A stretch of DNA of 25,643 bases, taken from NCBI GenBank assembly GCA_964388645.1, contig CAYMBK010000031.1, positions 1 to 25,643 of the forward strand, written 5' to 3'. The notes beneath the pieces were generated by a model. The model was not told where the DNA came from. It was given only the letters and a program-made list of their open reading frames with translations, and made no database searches. Shown here one piece after another: positions 15,301-22,757 of this stretch. The position numbers were made by a program, and so were the translations under genes. The stretch is from an uncultured Planctomycetia bacterium (lineage in GTDB: Bacteria > Omnitrophota > Gorgyraeia > Tantalellales > Tantalellaceae). Position 1 is the stretch's first letter, and the number at the start of each line of letters is the position of its first letter.

Positions 15301-17737
15301 TGTTTCGCGCAGGGAAGGGGGAACGGGCCTTGGTGCCACCGAGGCCTGGTACGCCGTAAAGGATATGGAAGGCAGTATCAACGTCAGTTCCGCGCCCGGC
15401 GAGGGCACTACTTTCACTATCGGCGTGCCGATCGCCACGTCTATTCCGACCGAGGTTAAGGCGAAGTTCCATAAACCCGGCGGGCCGGGCCTGCCGCAAC
15501 TGGCGAAACTTCCGCCCGAGGCTGAAGCGACGTTCCGCAATTCCGGTGACACAATACCTGATTCGACGAAAGAGATAAGTAATGTGTTCCCGGAACTTCC
15601 AACACCCGATGCGGCAAGGGGTTCGGATGAAGTGAAACGTTCTCGTAGTACGATAGAGGATCTAAAACCGGAACGGACCGTGCGGATTTTAGATATAGGG
15701 AGCGGTACCGGTGCGGAGAGTCGCTGGGGGAGTGGTGCGTCGCATAGAGAAATCAAAGAGGTCGTCCGGAGAAGAACGGCAAAAGACGACGAAGAAGTAA
15801 GAGTTGAGCTTATTGGAATAGATAAAGACGCTGAAGAAGTTCGTCGAGGGAAAGCCCTTGGCTTTGATATCAGGGAGATGGACGCGCGAAAAAGCACCGG
15901 TTTCAAGGAAAAAAGTTTTGACCTTATAACCCGTTATAACCCTTCCACTACAAAAGATATCTTAGATATTCTGCCGGAAGTAAAAAGAGTTTTAAAGCCG
16001 GAAGGTGAATTTTGGGTTGCTCCCTGGCTTGAGGACTATGACGAATTTCTGAATGTATGGAGGAGGGATCCGAAATACCTACAGCACTATGTGGATGCGT
16101 TGGAGGCGAATGGTTTTTCAGCGGAAGTCATAGAAGAACATCGGCCTGATATGCCACCCGTACTTATTGTCGCCAGGCTGATACCGCACGTCCCGCTCGA
16201 GGTTCGCGCGAAAGCCCGGCGCGAAGGCGGTTTGCGCCTCGCAAAAATACCGCCCGAAGGAGATCAGGCATTCGAGCAGGAACAGGCAAAAGCGGTGATG
16301 ACGGAAGGCGCAAAGCCGCTTTTGCGCGATATCAAGACACAAAACAGAGGCGAGATCTATCCTCAATGCACCGCTTATTCGCATATAACCGCGGAGAAAT
16401 TCAGACAAATGGTCGAATGCTTGGCAGGCGGAAAAATAGGCGATGAAGAAGAAAAAGAGCTGGTAAGATTTGACAAAGTTTTAGAAGAACTGGAGCTTGT
16501 CAGGCAAAGGCTTAATGGAGGGCATTACAACAGATTATATCACTCGGTATCATGTTTCGAAGCCTCGAAAGAGACGATCGATGTCCTCAGCAGGAACGGT
16601 TTTTCATCCGTGCAATTGATAAGACGAAAATTCATCGACGACAAAATACCAAGCAAAATTTTCGGACCGGCCAGTGCCTTTTTGTACGGGTCATGGATAG
16701 ACGATGATGGGGATACGTATGCTCATTCATACGTGGTCGCCAGGATCGCCGGGGAGTACTTCGTAATAGACCTGTCGGCCGGACAGTTCCTGACGGAACA
16801 GTTATGGGACTACAAAGACCTCGGAATATTCATTGTTCCGATAAAAGACCTTGATGAGCATTCCTGGCCTTACGCGATGGGCGATGTGTTCCTCAACGAT
16901 AAAGAAGAGGCTCTAGAGCTTGTTAGCGGAGATGAGAAAGCTCTCGAAGCCATTATGAACCCACGGGGAACGGTGCCTGAGGGTGTTATGAGCTACGCGG
17001 CGGAATATTCAAATGAGCGGAATAACACTCCCGGGACACGGGTGCCGGACGATACGGATACCGAGGGCATGGCAGACCATGCCGCGCAGGATGATCCGGT
17101 AACGGAAACGCTTTCGTTGCCTCCTGCGTCGCGGGAACAGCCCGAGATGGAACTTATAAAGGAGCTTATACTAACAAGCGAGATCATCGCATCGGCTTCG
17201 CTCACGGGCGAACCGGTCATAGTGGGTATCGATACTAGCTGGGTGCCGGCCGAGCAGAGAGCTCTCGATTCTTTCGGGGCCATGCTAAGACAGCTCAAGG
17301 GTCTGCCGGCGAAGCTGGGAGCTCACCACATAACCATCTTGACGGCAAGCGATCCGGAGGTCCTGAGCGGGGAAATAGACCGGGTCATCAAAAAAAGAGA
17401 CAAGACTGTGAAAATGTCTAACATACTCCTCATAGGCCAGTTCGACGGTATAGACGGGTCAAAGAACACATCTTATGACAGGTTCAAGACGTCTCCGGAA
17501 GGCGAGAGCGCGTGTTTCGCGCATATTGTTGTTCCTGCGGTCAGTGCCGGAAAACATTATGACGTGGACATGCAGAGTATTCTCAGGCTGGCGCTCGCCG
17601 AACACAGGGCCATTCACCGGCAGGGAGGCAAGAGGTTTTTTTATCTGAATTTACCCGGTGCCGGACAGGACGGGTTAACTGTCAAAGAGCTTCATGATCG
17701 CCATAGAGCCAGGAACTATGCTCTAAAAATGGCCTAA
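9383..17737 (+). CDS. giant 2784-aa multidomain membrane-associated protein (sigma70, MTase, nitrilase-fold, HATPase and transglutaminase-like modules)
   Basis: 8355-nt uninterrupted ORF with GGAGGAG RBS. Signal-like N-terminus (RAIAICVAVSFFCQNVVLA-AG), hydrophobic TM block, and the domain motifs listed as separate features. Confidence 0.95.
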   Translation: MVRYFLVNYRACVRAIAICVAVSFFCQNVVLAAGTDIPMPGNLLPSSGFNFITGTSVPGEFEVTAFLKYLQHRIGVLRKKYPKRFLTPELIRDLLSEQFTQGIPGFDPQKMYPQGNELVMPLWDREIRISLPDGRTRIDGESELTVSEASPAKDEHVMRSGPGSGPDHFRGEPKDRGPRERIRMYTHFTDDQLIEEIVKTRDEFLARKDEEGYSRETGKTPNFNLAALKKTNLRLYDYLLNHDKKNLLHQIPFLPGKEDLETDIGGGMEDLPATSSGAEWSASFVEEIFDGGFLTATEKTILTLFFGLGGQWSAKAPVIARELNLTRQRIDQLREKAIDKIRRWIATRDLAIFGFSPGEAAWILSFYPTMDGFAQRISRVRRMLRVSDDAASSFTPEERKNLARSVLEEPWPPEARSSERTRRPNGRGRSASARITPLVAITGIAIGAAIFLPAISAAARGLYHYLASSGISGFLPGGGEVTLILGLPLLGSVFSARGPGNEARKIEEALSAVRDMTAGRDEYDPAEGRNPKERKILEVYGELQREKGTGYVPDLTELAERAEIGTSTLKSRLFRMNLDRNDRYLKALVYRGSDLPQVGGKRGYASLGWMGEDLGFVYSPFLHAPVLEELFKVGIPLAIFNILSFITPELPALNLSVFVSTSVILAFVFLAAHLLNEDGPYSVDRPFSLASAQIRAVFLRHPLMAAKKVHKTWHYIKVTRGTHYLAFNILAAPAYSAAFGILLSLPFVVFLGPSVFNIIPLFLSMLLHYFQNRRIKMINEKERRTIRYASLPGWVKMVFPHGKEAIRTIFSKNTTFGTTAHPRSPQRLARWSPFEDGVPMASDSSSPDGIRPLGGPEEEAARAASGKKRSLEELIASGDIAKGTSEYVSPATARQTMEKAGQVLTREEEQTLFRALHSAWRPEDKPVKRAVVDMIVMKNQGLVWSAVRKFVYTEDKNVIADAVQDGNLGLLEAILRFGYEFNHKFSTYASHWIKKYIKEGSKIITESIHIPRKEVERSDRLKKFVVSLQNTLGRVPCVDEIAEKAGLAVSEVVRLLGVRAIQPDSLYVPVKKTLGSGKKTVHLGDLIAGSGGVHYQEDISSKEVLSYLFASLTFTQRVVVKMRNGIGTVRDKRYSVREIGSLIGCSGANVHLIEKEALRVLGRAVSRKKDSEVTTEGVDNTDVHIAEILQISPLKQGDLFEKEFRRIREERLKDERASDGTDDSGLTLEEETQALSSVSHDPKRPVSVRGTIARVFGKDVKPGVVDIGSLHGSFVKDFLDMHGDVVGEMIGIDTVYDRSRITADIADAMHEEGIWSEYERAYYAGEESPLMSVDEVMGDPSRKGTFGVATINKPPGGMDDFKAMVDEAVYLGARLIFLDANARDIQEEGLEYLRSLGYDIVEMPGKPEDYPATEQMRVVVRERFFVCERKVEPEEINPEEVRVEGLPVVWSGGKDGSGRGVAGVQIDVGSISGNTVRMAGIVEALASLGRKAPGLVIFPEQIDEDYMSWTDEIAGKRREILRQKAIATGIAIGYGIEHLPGGDYERGSVFYEIVKPVGLGSELTRFRKYDYVKENRLVEINGTKIAVLICGEAEALLAPRSRGIRTDSDISRADLLIVPSTTDMWSAKFWPGALFEKYGVPAAFINRADITNAGNPWHDGFTPSRYREPPDEATILSAGEQIMILAPGCVSDNVTGDKEAMASDRSEREAIERVSCALRSVQHSGLSAFDIDGMAHRAVSAMAEVILSTEKDFPVMSGRMKDLADGLVERSKAFRVERTSFDSASEDGALTAEAAEGYARAIAEYGQAVRDIRTEAEKLVSDPVERTYPGIEGIMGLYREVWKEMDRLSEAVKSRSELASGTGSTDLIPVSEVIRLVVSGRPYVTMENELAPDVLLEGNRLSFAGAVANIVDNAVFFAAKRRTNDGTPAFVTITLAEEKGNIRIDITDTGGGISHDLLVADYVMQRPRFFNLDVSRREGGTGLGATEAWYAVKDMEGSINVSSAPGEGTTFTIGVPIATSIPTEVKAKFHKPGGPGLPQLAKLPPEAEATFRNSGDTIPDSTKEISNVFPELPTPDAARGSDEVKRSRSTIEDLKPERTVRILDIGSGTGAESRWGSGASHREIKEVVRRRTAKDDEEVRVELIGIDKDAEEVRRGKALGFDIREMDARKSTGFKEKSFDLITRYNPSTTKDILDILPEVKRVLKPEGEFWVAPWLEDYDEFLNVWRRDPKYLQHYVDALEANGFSAEVIEEHRPDMPPVLIVARLIPHVPLEVRAKARREGGLRLAKIPPEGDQAFEQEQAKAVMTEGAKPLLRDIKTQNRGEIYPQCTAYSHITAEKFRQMVECLAGGKIGDEEEKELVRFDKVLEELELVRQRLNGGHYNRLYHSVSCFEASKETIDVLSRNGFSSVQLIRRKFIDDKIPSKIFGPASAFLYGSWIDDDGDTYAHSYVVARIAGEYFVIDLSAGQFLTEQLWDYKDLGIFIVPIKDLDEHSWPYAMGDVFLNDKEEALELVSGDEKALEAIMNPRGTVPEGVMSYAAEYSNERNNTPGTRVPDDTDTEGMADHAAQDDPVTETLSLPPASREQPEMELIKELILTSEIIASASLTGEPVIVGIDTSWVPAEQRALDSFGAMLRQLKGLPAKLGAHHITILTASDPEVLSGEIDRVIKKRDKTVKMSNILLIGQFDGIDGSKNTSYDRFKTSPEGESACFAHIVVPAVSAGKHYDVDMQSILRLALAEHRAIHRQGGKRFFYLNLPGAGQDGLTVKELHDRHRARNYALKMA
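10262..10410 (+). other. domain in giant protein: isolated sigma70 region 4 HTH
   Basis: LTATEKTILTLFFGL...IARELNLTRQRIDQLREKAIDKIR matches the L..RE..VL.LRFGL...EIG..L.LTRERVRQI...AL.KLR pattern. Confidence 0.8.
12050..12870 (+). other. domain in giant protein: RpoD/RpoS-like sigma70 core (regions 1.2, 2, 3, 4)
   Basis: LTREEEQTL (1.2); KNQGLVWSAVRKF...DAVQDGNLGLLEAILRF...KFSTYASHWIKKYI (2); IHIP...LGRVPCVDEIAEKAG (3); LTFTQRVVVKMRNGI...YSVREIGSLIG...IEKEALRVL (4). Confidence 0.9.
13150..13640 (+). other. domain in giant protein: divergent class I SAM-methyltransferase-like fold
   Basis: VVDIGSLHG (motif I variant), MIGID (motif II), later GTFGVATINKP. Confidence 0.5.
13763..14440 (+). other. 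domain in giant protein: nitrilase/carbon-nitrogen hydrolase fold
   Basis: VAGVQ...LVIFPE1500...FRK1568Y...GTKIAVLIC1590GE...ADLLIVPS; the E-K-C triad is present. Confidence 0.8.
14483..15430 (+). other. domain in giant protein: histidine-kinase-like helical region plus HATPase_c
   Basis: N box ANIVDNA, G1 DTGGGI, F box RFF, G2 GTGLG, terminal GSINVSSAPGEGTTFTI. Possible H-box GMAH at 14579-14590. Confidence 0.85.
15680..16175 (+). other. domain in giant protein: class I SAM-dependent methyltransferase
   Basis: VRILDIGSGTG, LIGID, EMDAR...FKEKSFDLIT, LPEVKRVLKPEG. Confidence 0.88.
16500..16900 (+). other. domain in giant protein: transglutaminase/papain-like Cys-His-Asp domain
   Basis: SC2391FEAS..TIDVLSRNG, AH2448SYVV, VID2463LSAGQF, with the order and spacing typical of this fold. 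Confidence 0.6.
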
Positions 17738-17767
17738 ATTTCTCGCCGCGACCCAAAAAAAGATGTA

Positions 17768-17795
17768 GACGATCGGCCGTTCGTCCGGTTTTTTT
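17768..17795 (+). terminator. possible weak intrinsic terminator after the giant gene
   Basis: GACGA/TCGTC stem followed 3 nt later by a T7 tract. The stem is short. Confidence 0.35.
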
Positions 17796-18019
17796 GTCGG
17801 AAGGATCGAAAAACTTTAATGCCATACGGCCGATTTAATTTCGAACAAAGTATACAGGGCCTATTGTTAAGTGGCTGGCTTTTCGACGGTGTGACCTGAC
17901 GGCAAGAAGGTGTTTGCACTTTTTTGTCCTATTTTGAGCTGAACGTCAGGGTATTTTTTGCGGATCTATCCAGTATCGTCCGGGGATTTCGGGTATTCTT
18001 TTCGCAAGGTCCAATCTAA

Positions 18020-18048
18020 TTGACACCAATCAACAGGTATGATATAAA
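18020..18048 (+). promoter_or_regulatory. sigma70 promoter of the pur operon
   Basis: TTGACA (18020-18025), 17 nt spacer, TG-n-TATAAA (18040-18048). Confidence 0.65.
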
Positions 18049-18104
18049 AAAAGCTCCCGTTCGGTGGGATTTTAACTAAAACATCCGAAAAAAGAGGTGA
18101 GAGG

Positions 18105-19397
18105 ATGATAAAGAGATATTCCAGGCCCGGGATGGCTTGCATATGGGACGAGGAGAACAGATTCCGGAAGATGCTGGATGTGGAGATACTGGCCTGCGAA
18201 GCCTTCGCGGAACTCGGCATAATCCCCAAAGAAGCGGCGAAAACGATAAGAGAAAAAGCTTCTTTCAGCGTCGAGAGGATAAATGAGATAGAAAAGGTCA
18301 CCAATCACGATGTGGTGGCGTTCATTAAGAGCGTGTCGGAGAACGTAGGGGAAGATGCCCGATATTTTCATTACGGCCTCACTTCAAGCGATGTTCTTGA
18401 TACCGCGCTGTCTATACAGATGGTGGAGGCGGCCGATCTTTTGATAGAGGGTATAGAAAAACTTATGAAAGCTCTCAAGGAGAAGGCGATAGAACATAAA
18501 AAGACACCCATGATGGGACGTTCTCACGGGGTGCACGCGGAACCTATATCTTTTGGGCTTAAGATGGCCCTTTATTACAGAGAAATGGGCAGGAACCTTG
18601 ACCGCATGAAAAAGGCCAGGGAAACTGTGGCCGTAGGGAAAATATCCGGTTCAGTAGGCACCTTCGCCAACGTAGATCCCGGCGTAGAGGAATATGTCTG
18701 CAAGAAACTGGGTTTTGAGCCGGCTGGTGTCGCCAATCAGGTGATACAAAGGGACCGGCACGCTTATTATCTCAACGTTGTAGCGCTGACCGGGGCGACT
18801 CTGGAAAAAATAGCTCTTGAAGTAAGAGGTCTTCAGAAAACCGAAATAAACGAAGTACAGGAATATTTCTCAAAAGGGCAGACCGGTTCTTCGAGCATGC
18901 CGCACAAGAAAAACCCCATAATATGCGAGAGGATAACAGGACTTGCCCGGGTGTTGCGCGGTAACGCTACGGCGGCAATTGAGAATGTGGCTCTTTGGCA
19001 CGAGAGGGATATATCACATTCTTCGGTTGAAAGGGTGATATTGCCGGATTCCACCATTCTGCTTGATTATATGCTTGGCAAGTCGGAGGATCTTGTGTCT
19101 AACCTCATAGTTAACAAGGAGAATATGCTGAGGAATATGCAGGTTTCTAAAGGGCTTGTTTATTCCCAGCATATAATGCTTGAACTGATAAAAAAGGGCG
19201 CGACGAGGCTGGAGGCTTACGATCTTATTCAGGGAGCGGCTCTTGAATGTCACTCCGGAGATAAAGATTTCAAAGACCTTGTCATGAATGATAAGGGAGT
19301 TAGAAGTTATCTAAGTGAAAAAGAAATAAGCGATTGCTTCAGCCTGGATTACCATTTAAGGCACGTCGACAGAATATTCAAGAACATAGGCCTTTGA
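18105..19397 (+). CDS. purB: adenylosuccinate lyase
   Basis: MIKRYS start, HDVVAF, HYGLTSSD, GRSHGVHAEP, signature GSSSMPHKKNPI. Confidence 0.97.
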   Translation: MIKRYSRPGMACIWDEENRFRKMLDVEILACEAFAELGIIPKEAAKTIREKASFSVERINEIEKVTNHDVVAFIKSVSENVGEDARYFHYGLTSSDVLDTALSIQMVEAADLLIEGIEKLMKALKEKAIEHKKTPMMGRSHGVHAEPISFGLKMALYYREMGRNLDRMKKARETVAVGKISGSVGTFANVDPGVEEYVCKKLGFEPAGVANQVIQRDRHAYYLNVVALTGATLEKIALEVRGLQKTEINEVQEYFSKGQTGSSSMPHKKNPIICERITGLARVLRGNATAAIENVALWHERDISHSSVERVILPDSTILLDYMLGKSEDLVSNLIVNKENMLRNMQVSKGLVYSQHIMLELIKKGATRLEAYDLIQGAALECHSGDKDFKDLVMNDKGVRSYLSEKEISDCFSLDYHLRHVDRIFKNIGL

Positions 19398-19461
19398 CGC
19401 GGGTAACGCGCAAGAAAAGGGCAGTGGTTAAACGAACTTTCCCGCGGAATTCGAGAAGATA

Positions 19462-20505
19462 ATGAAAAAGGACGAGGAAATGAAAAAAAAGAGAACGGTC
19501 ACATATAAGACGGCCGGAGTGGATATATCCAAGGCCGATCGGTTGATAAAGAGCATGACGCCGCTCATAGAGAGCACCAGGGTGAAGGGCAGTATGGGGT
19601 CGATCGGAGGGTTCGGGGGGTTTTTTGACCTTTTCGCCGCGGGAGAGAAAGATCCTCTTTTGGTAGCCTCCACCGACGGAGTTGGGACTAAGCTTAAGAT
19701 CGCCGAAATATCCGGAAAGCATGATACCATAGGCATAGACCTTGTGGCGATGTGTGTTAATGATCTGCTTTGCTGCGGGGCAAGGCCTTTGTTCTTTCTG
19801 GACTACTTTGCTTGCGGAAAGCTCGAAGGAAAAATATGGTCAGAAGTCCTTAAGGGGATAGTCGCGGGCTGCAAAGACGCGGGCTGCGCGCTTTTGGGCG
19901 GGGAGACCGCGGAAATGCCGGGGATGTATAAAAAGGGCGAATATGACCTGGCTGGATTTTCGGTGGGCGCGGTCTCAAGAAAAAAAGCTATAACAGGGAA
20001 AAAAATAAGGCCGGGAGATGTTATTTTAGGCATGGCCTCGAGCGGGCTGCATTCCAACGGCTACTCGCTGGTCAGGAAGATCTTCACCAAAAAAGAGATA
20101 AAACAACGCTGCAGGGCCTTGCTTGCTCCGACGATAATATATGTCAGGCCATTCCTGGAAGCAGCGGGTATAGCGGAGATAAAAGGAGCCGCGAACATAA
20201 CAGGAGGCGGCTTGCAGGAAAACATTCCCAGGATATTGCCTGAGGGAGCGAGAGCGGTTATACGCTCCGGAAGCTGGGATGTGCCGCGTATTTTTCAGGA
20301 GATGGCAGAAAAAGCGGGAATAGGGCATAAAGAGCTTCACAGGACCTTCAATATGGGTCTGGGCATGGTGCTGGTTATCTCAGACAATGATGCCGTGAAG
20401 GTAAAAAAGATGCTGAAAGAAAAATTCGGTATAAAAAGCTGGGTAATAGGTGATATAGCCAAAGGTAAAAAAGGCATTGAGATAGTAGGAGGAGATTTCA
20501 AATGA
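19462..20505 (+). CDS. purM: phosphoribosylformylglycinamidine cyclo-ligase (AIR synthetase)
   Basis: YKTAGVDI, TDGVGTK, DLVAMCVND, GGETAEMPG, SSGLHSNGYSL, TFNMGLGM. The true start may be the ATG at 19480. Confidence 0.97.
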   Translation: MKKDEEMKKKRTVTYKTAGVDISKADRLIKSMTPLIESTRVKGSMGSIGGFGGFFDLFAAGEKDPLLVASTDGVGTKLKIAEISGKHDTIGIDLVAMCVNDLLCCGARPLFFLDYFACGKLEGKIWSEVLKGIVAGCKDAGCALLGGETAEMPGMYKKGEYDLAGFSVGAVSRKKAITGKKIRPGDVILGMASSGLHSNGYSLVRKIFTKKEIKQRCRALLAPTIIYVRPFLEAAGIAEIKGAANITGGGLQENIPRILPEGARAVIRSGSWDVPRIFQEMAEKAGIGHKELHRTFNMGLGMVLVISDNDAVKVKKMLKEKFGIKSWVIGDIAKGKKGIEIVGGDFK

Positions 20506-21779
20506 AGATACTCGTTATAGGTTCGGGGGGGCGCGAGCATGCCATTTGCTGGAAGTTAAGGCAAAGCCCAAAGGTGACCGATCTTTACTGCGCCCCGGGC
20601 AACGGCGGAACGGGGTTTCACGCGACGAACATAGAGGTGGATATTACCAGGCATAAAAAGGTGGTGGCTTTTTGCAGGAAAAACAATATAGATCTTGTTG
20701 TCGTCGGCCCTGAAGCCCCTCTTGCGATGGGCATAGCGGACGATCTAAGGCGCGCTGGCGTGGCTGTCTTCGGACCGTCATATGCGGCCGCCCGGCTGGA
20801 ATCCAGCAAGATATTCGCAAAGGAAATGATGGGGGCTAATAATATCCCTACGGCTAAGTTCAGGGTTTTCAACGATTTCAAGAAAGCGAAGGAATATATC
20901 AGTTCTCATGAGGAACCTCTTGTCGTTAAAGCGTACGGCCTCGCCGCCGGCAAAGGAGTTGTCGTAGCCGAGAGCAGAGAAGATGCCGTTGACGCCGCGG
21001 AAAGGATGCTTGTTAAAAAGGAATTTGGCTCTGCGGGAGGAAGGATAATAGTAGAAGAGTTCTTACGCGGCAGGGAAGTATCCATAATGGTGGTAACCGA
21101 TGGTGAAACCGTTATACCGCTGGCTTCCAGCCAGGATCACAAGAGGGCATATGACGGCGATACGGGGCCCAACACCGGAGGTATGGGGGCATTTTCACCT
21201 TCGCCCGATATAGACGGAAAAACCTTCGACGATATCCTGGAAACGATAATAATGCCCACGATCAGCGGCCTCAAGAAAGATAAAATAGGTTATCGAGGAG
21301 TGCTGTACGCTGGGATAATGATGACGGAAGCGGGTCCGAAAGTTCTGGAATACAATGTGCGTTTCGGCGACCCCGAAACCCAGGCAATACTACCCAGGAT
21401 AAAGTCGGATTTCGCTGAATTGCTCATGAGTGCCGCGAAAGGACAGCTTACCGGAACGGATATCGAGTGGGACAGCTCGGAATGTGTATGTGTGGTGCTG
21501 GCTTCTGAGGGATATCCGGGCGAATACGAAAAAGGTAAAGAGGTAACAGGGATAATCGATGCTATGGAAACACAGGCGATCATATTTCATGCCGGGACAA
21601 AGTATGAAGGACAGAGCCTTGTTACCTGTGGAGGAAGGGTCATGAACGTTGTGGGTATGGCTGCCGATATCAAAAGCGCTTCTAAAAAGGCTTATCAGGG
21701 GGCTTGCAAAATACATTTTGATGGTGTGTGGTTCCGCAAAGATATAGGGACGGTCGAAATAAACAAGGTGAGTGCCTGA
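20502..21779 (+). CDS. purD: phosphoribosylamine--glycine ligase
   Basis: [55 protein letters not shown] overlap with purM. Confidence 0.97.
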   Translation: MKILVIGSGGREHAICWKLRQSPKVTDLYCAPGNGGTGFHATNIEVDITRHKKVVAFCRKNNIDLVVVGPEAPLAMGIADDLRRAGVAVFGPSYAAARLESSKIFAKEMMGANNIPTAKFRVFNDFKKAKEYISSHEEPLVVKAYGLAAGKGVVVAESREDAVDAAERMLVKKEFGSAGGRIIVEEFLRGREVSIMVVTDGETVIPLASSQDHKRAYDGDTGPNTGGMGAFSPSPDIDGKTFDDILETIIMPTISGLKKDKIGYRGVLYAGIMMTEAGPKVLEYNVRFGDPETQAILPRIKSDFAELLMSAAKGQLTGTDIEWDSSECVCVVLASEGYPGEYEKGKEVTGIIDAMETQAIIFHAGTKYEGQSLVTCGGRVMNVVGMAADIKSASKKAYQGACKIHFDGVWFRKDIGTVEINKVSA

Positions 21780-21795
21780 AGGAGGTAGATAGAAT

Positions 21796-22299
21796 ATGTC
21801 CGGGAAGCCGTTAATAAGCGTGGTTATGGGGAGCGATTCAGATCTCCCCGCGATGAAGGAAACGATGAGTGTACTGGAAAAATTTGATCTGCCGTATGAG
21901 GTAAAGATACTTTCAGCCCACCGGTGTCCGGAAAAAACCGCGGCTTTTGCCAAGTCGGCCAGAAAGAGGGGAATTAATGTCATAATCGCGGCAGCCGGCG
22001 GAGCGGCTCATCTTGCCGGTGTGATCGCGGCGCACACCACACTTCCGGTCATAGGGGTCCCGATGGATTCACAGCTTGACGGCCTGGATTCACTTCTTTC
22101 TACGGTGCAGATGCCTTCCGGCATACCGGTAGCTACTGTGGCCATAGGAAAAGCCGGCGCGGTAAACGCGGGTATTCTCGCGGCACAGATATTGGGGATA
22201 ACCTGCGCTTCCGTGGAAAAGAAGTTAAAGGGCCACAAGCAGGAACTTGTCAAAAAAGTCGAGGAAAAGAACCGCAAACTGGCTTCAGGGAAAAAATGA
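21796..22299 (+). CDS. purE: N5-CAIR mutase (class I PurE)
   Basis: [45 protein letters not shown]. Confidence 0.97.
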   Translation: MSGKPLISVVMGSDSDLPAMKETMSVLEKFDLPYEVKILSAHRCPEKTAAFAKSARKRGINVIIAAAGGAAHLAGVIAAHTTLPVIGVPMDSQLDGLDSLLSTVQMPSGIPVATVAIGKAGAVNAGILAAQILGITCASVEKKLKGHKQELVKKVEEKNRKLASGKK

Positions 22300-22757
22300 A
22301 GAACATCAGAAGGATACTTTTCGTGTGTACCGGGAACAGTTGCCGGAGTATAATGGCGGAAGCTTATCTTAATAAGCTTTCAGCCGATCATGGGGGGGCA
22401 TTTGAGGTTAGGTCAGCCGGGACTTTGGGGATAGAGGGTAACGCTCCTTCAAAAGAAGTGATAACCCTTCTTGCCAGGGAAGGAATAGATACTTCTTTCT
22501 ACATCTCCAAGGGGTTGACCCCGGAGGTTGTAGCTTGGGCGGAACTTATACTCGTTATGGCTCCGGAACATAAACTAGCCGTTCTTGATCTGGATCCCGG
22601 AGCAGAAAGTAAAGTCAGGTACCTTGGTGAGTTCAACCCCGAAAGAGGCGAGATAATAATACCCGACCCCATAGGGAGGTCTTTGGCGTTCTATGTGTCG
22701 TCGTTTCGGGTCATAAAACAGTCTATAGAGGAGTTGGTAAAATGGTTGGAAGAATAG
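22296..22757 (+). CDS. low-molecular-weight protein phosphatase (PtpA/YwlE-like)
   Basis: P-loop [30 protein letters not shown]...Y. Position before rpiB-glyA matches the B. subtilis ywlE-ywlF-glyA arrangement. Confidence 0.88.
   Translation: MKNIRRILFVCTGNSCRSIMAEAYLNKLSADHGGAFEVRSAGTLGIEGNAPSKEVITLLAREGIDTSFYISKGLTPEVVAWAELILVMAPEHKLAVLDLDPGAESKVRYLGEFNPERGEIIIPDPIGRSLAFYVSSFRVIKQSIEELVKWLEE

Noticed and set aside
17741-17756. CCGCGACCCA as a possible att copy of the tRNA 3' end
   Set aside because: The match is too short and mismatched to define an island boundary.
17800-18104. Purine or ZMP/ZTP riboswitch upstream of purB
   Set aside because: No consensus motifs found, and the promoter leaves only a leader of about 50 nt.
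22296-22757. Arsenate reductase ArsC call (CTGNSCRS)
   Set aside because: It lacks the downstream redox cysteine pair and any ars genes. The LVM..EHK and DPIG motifs and the context fit an LMW phosphatase.
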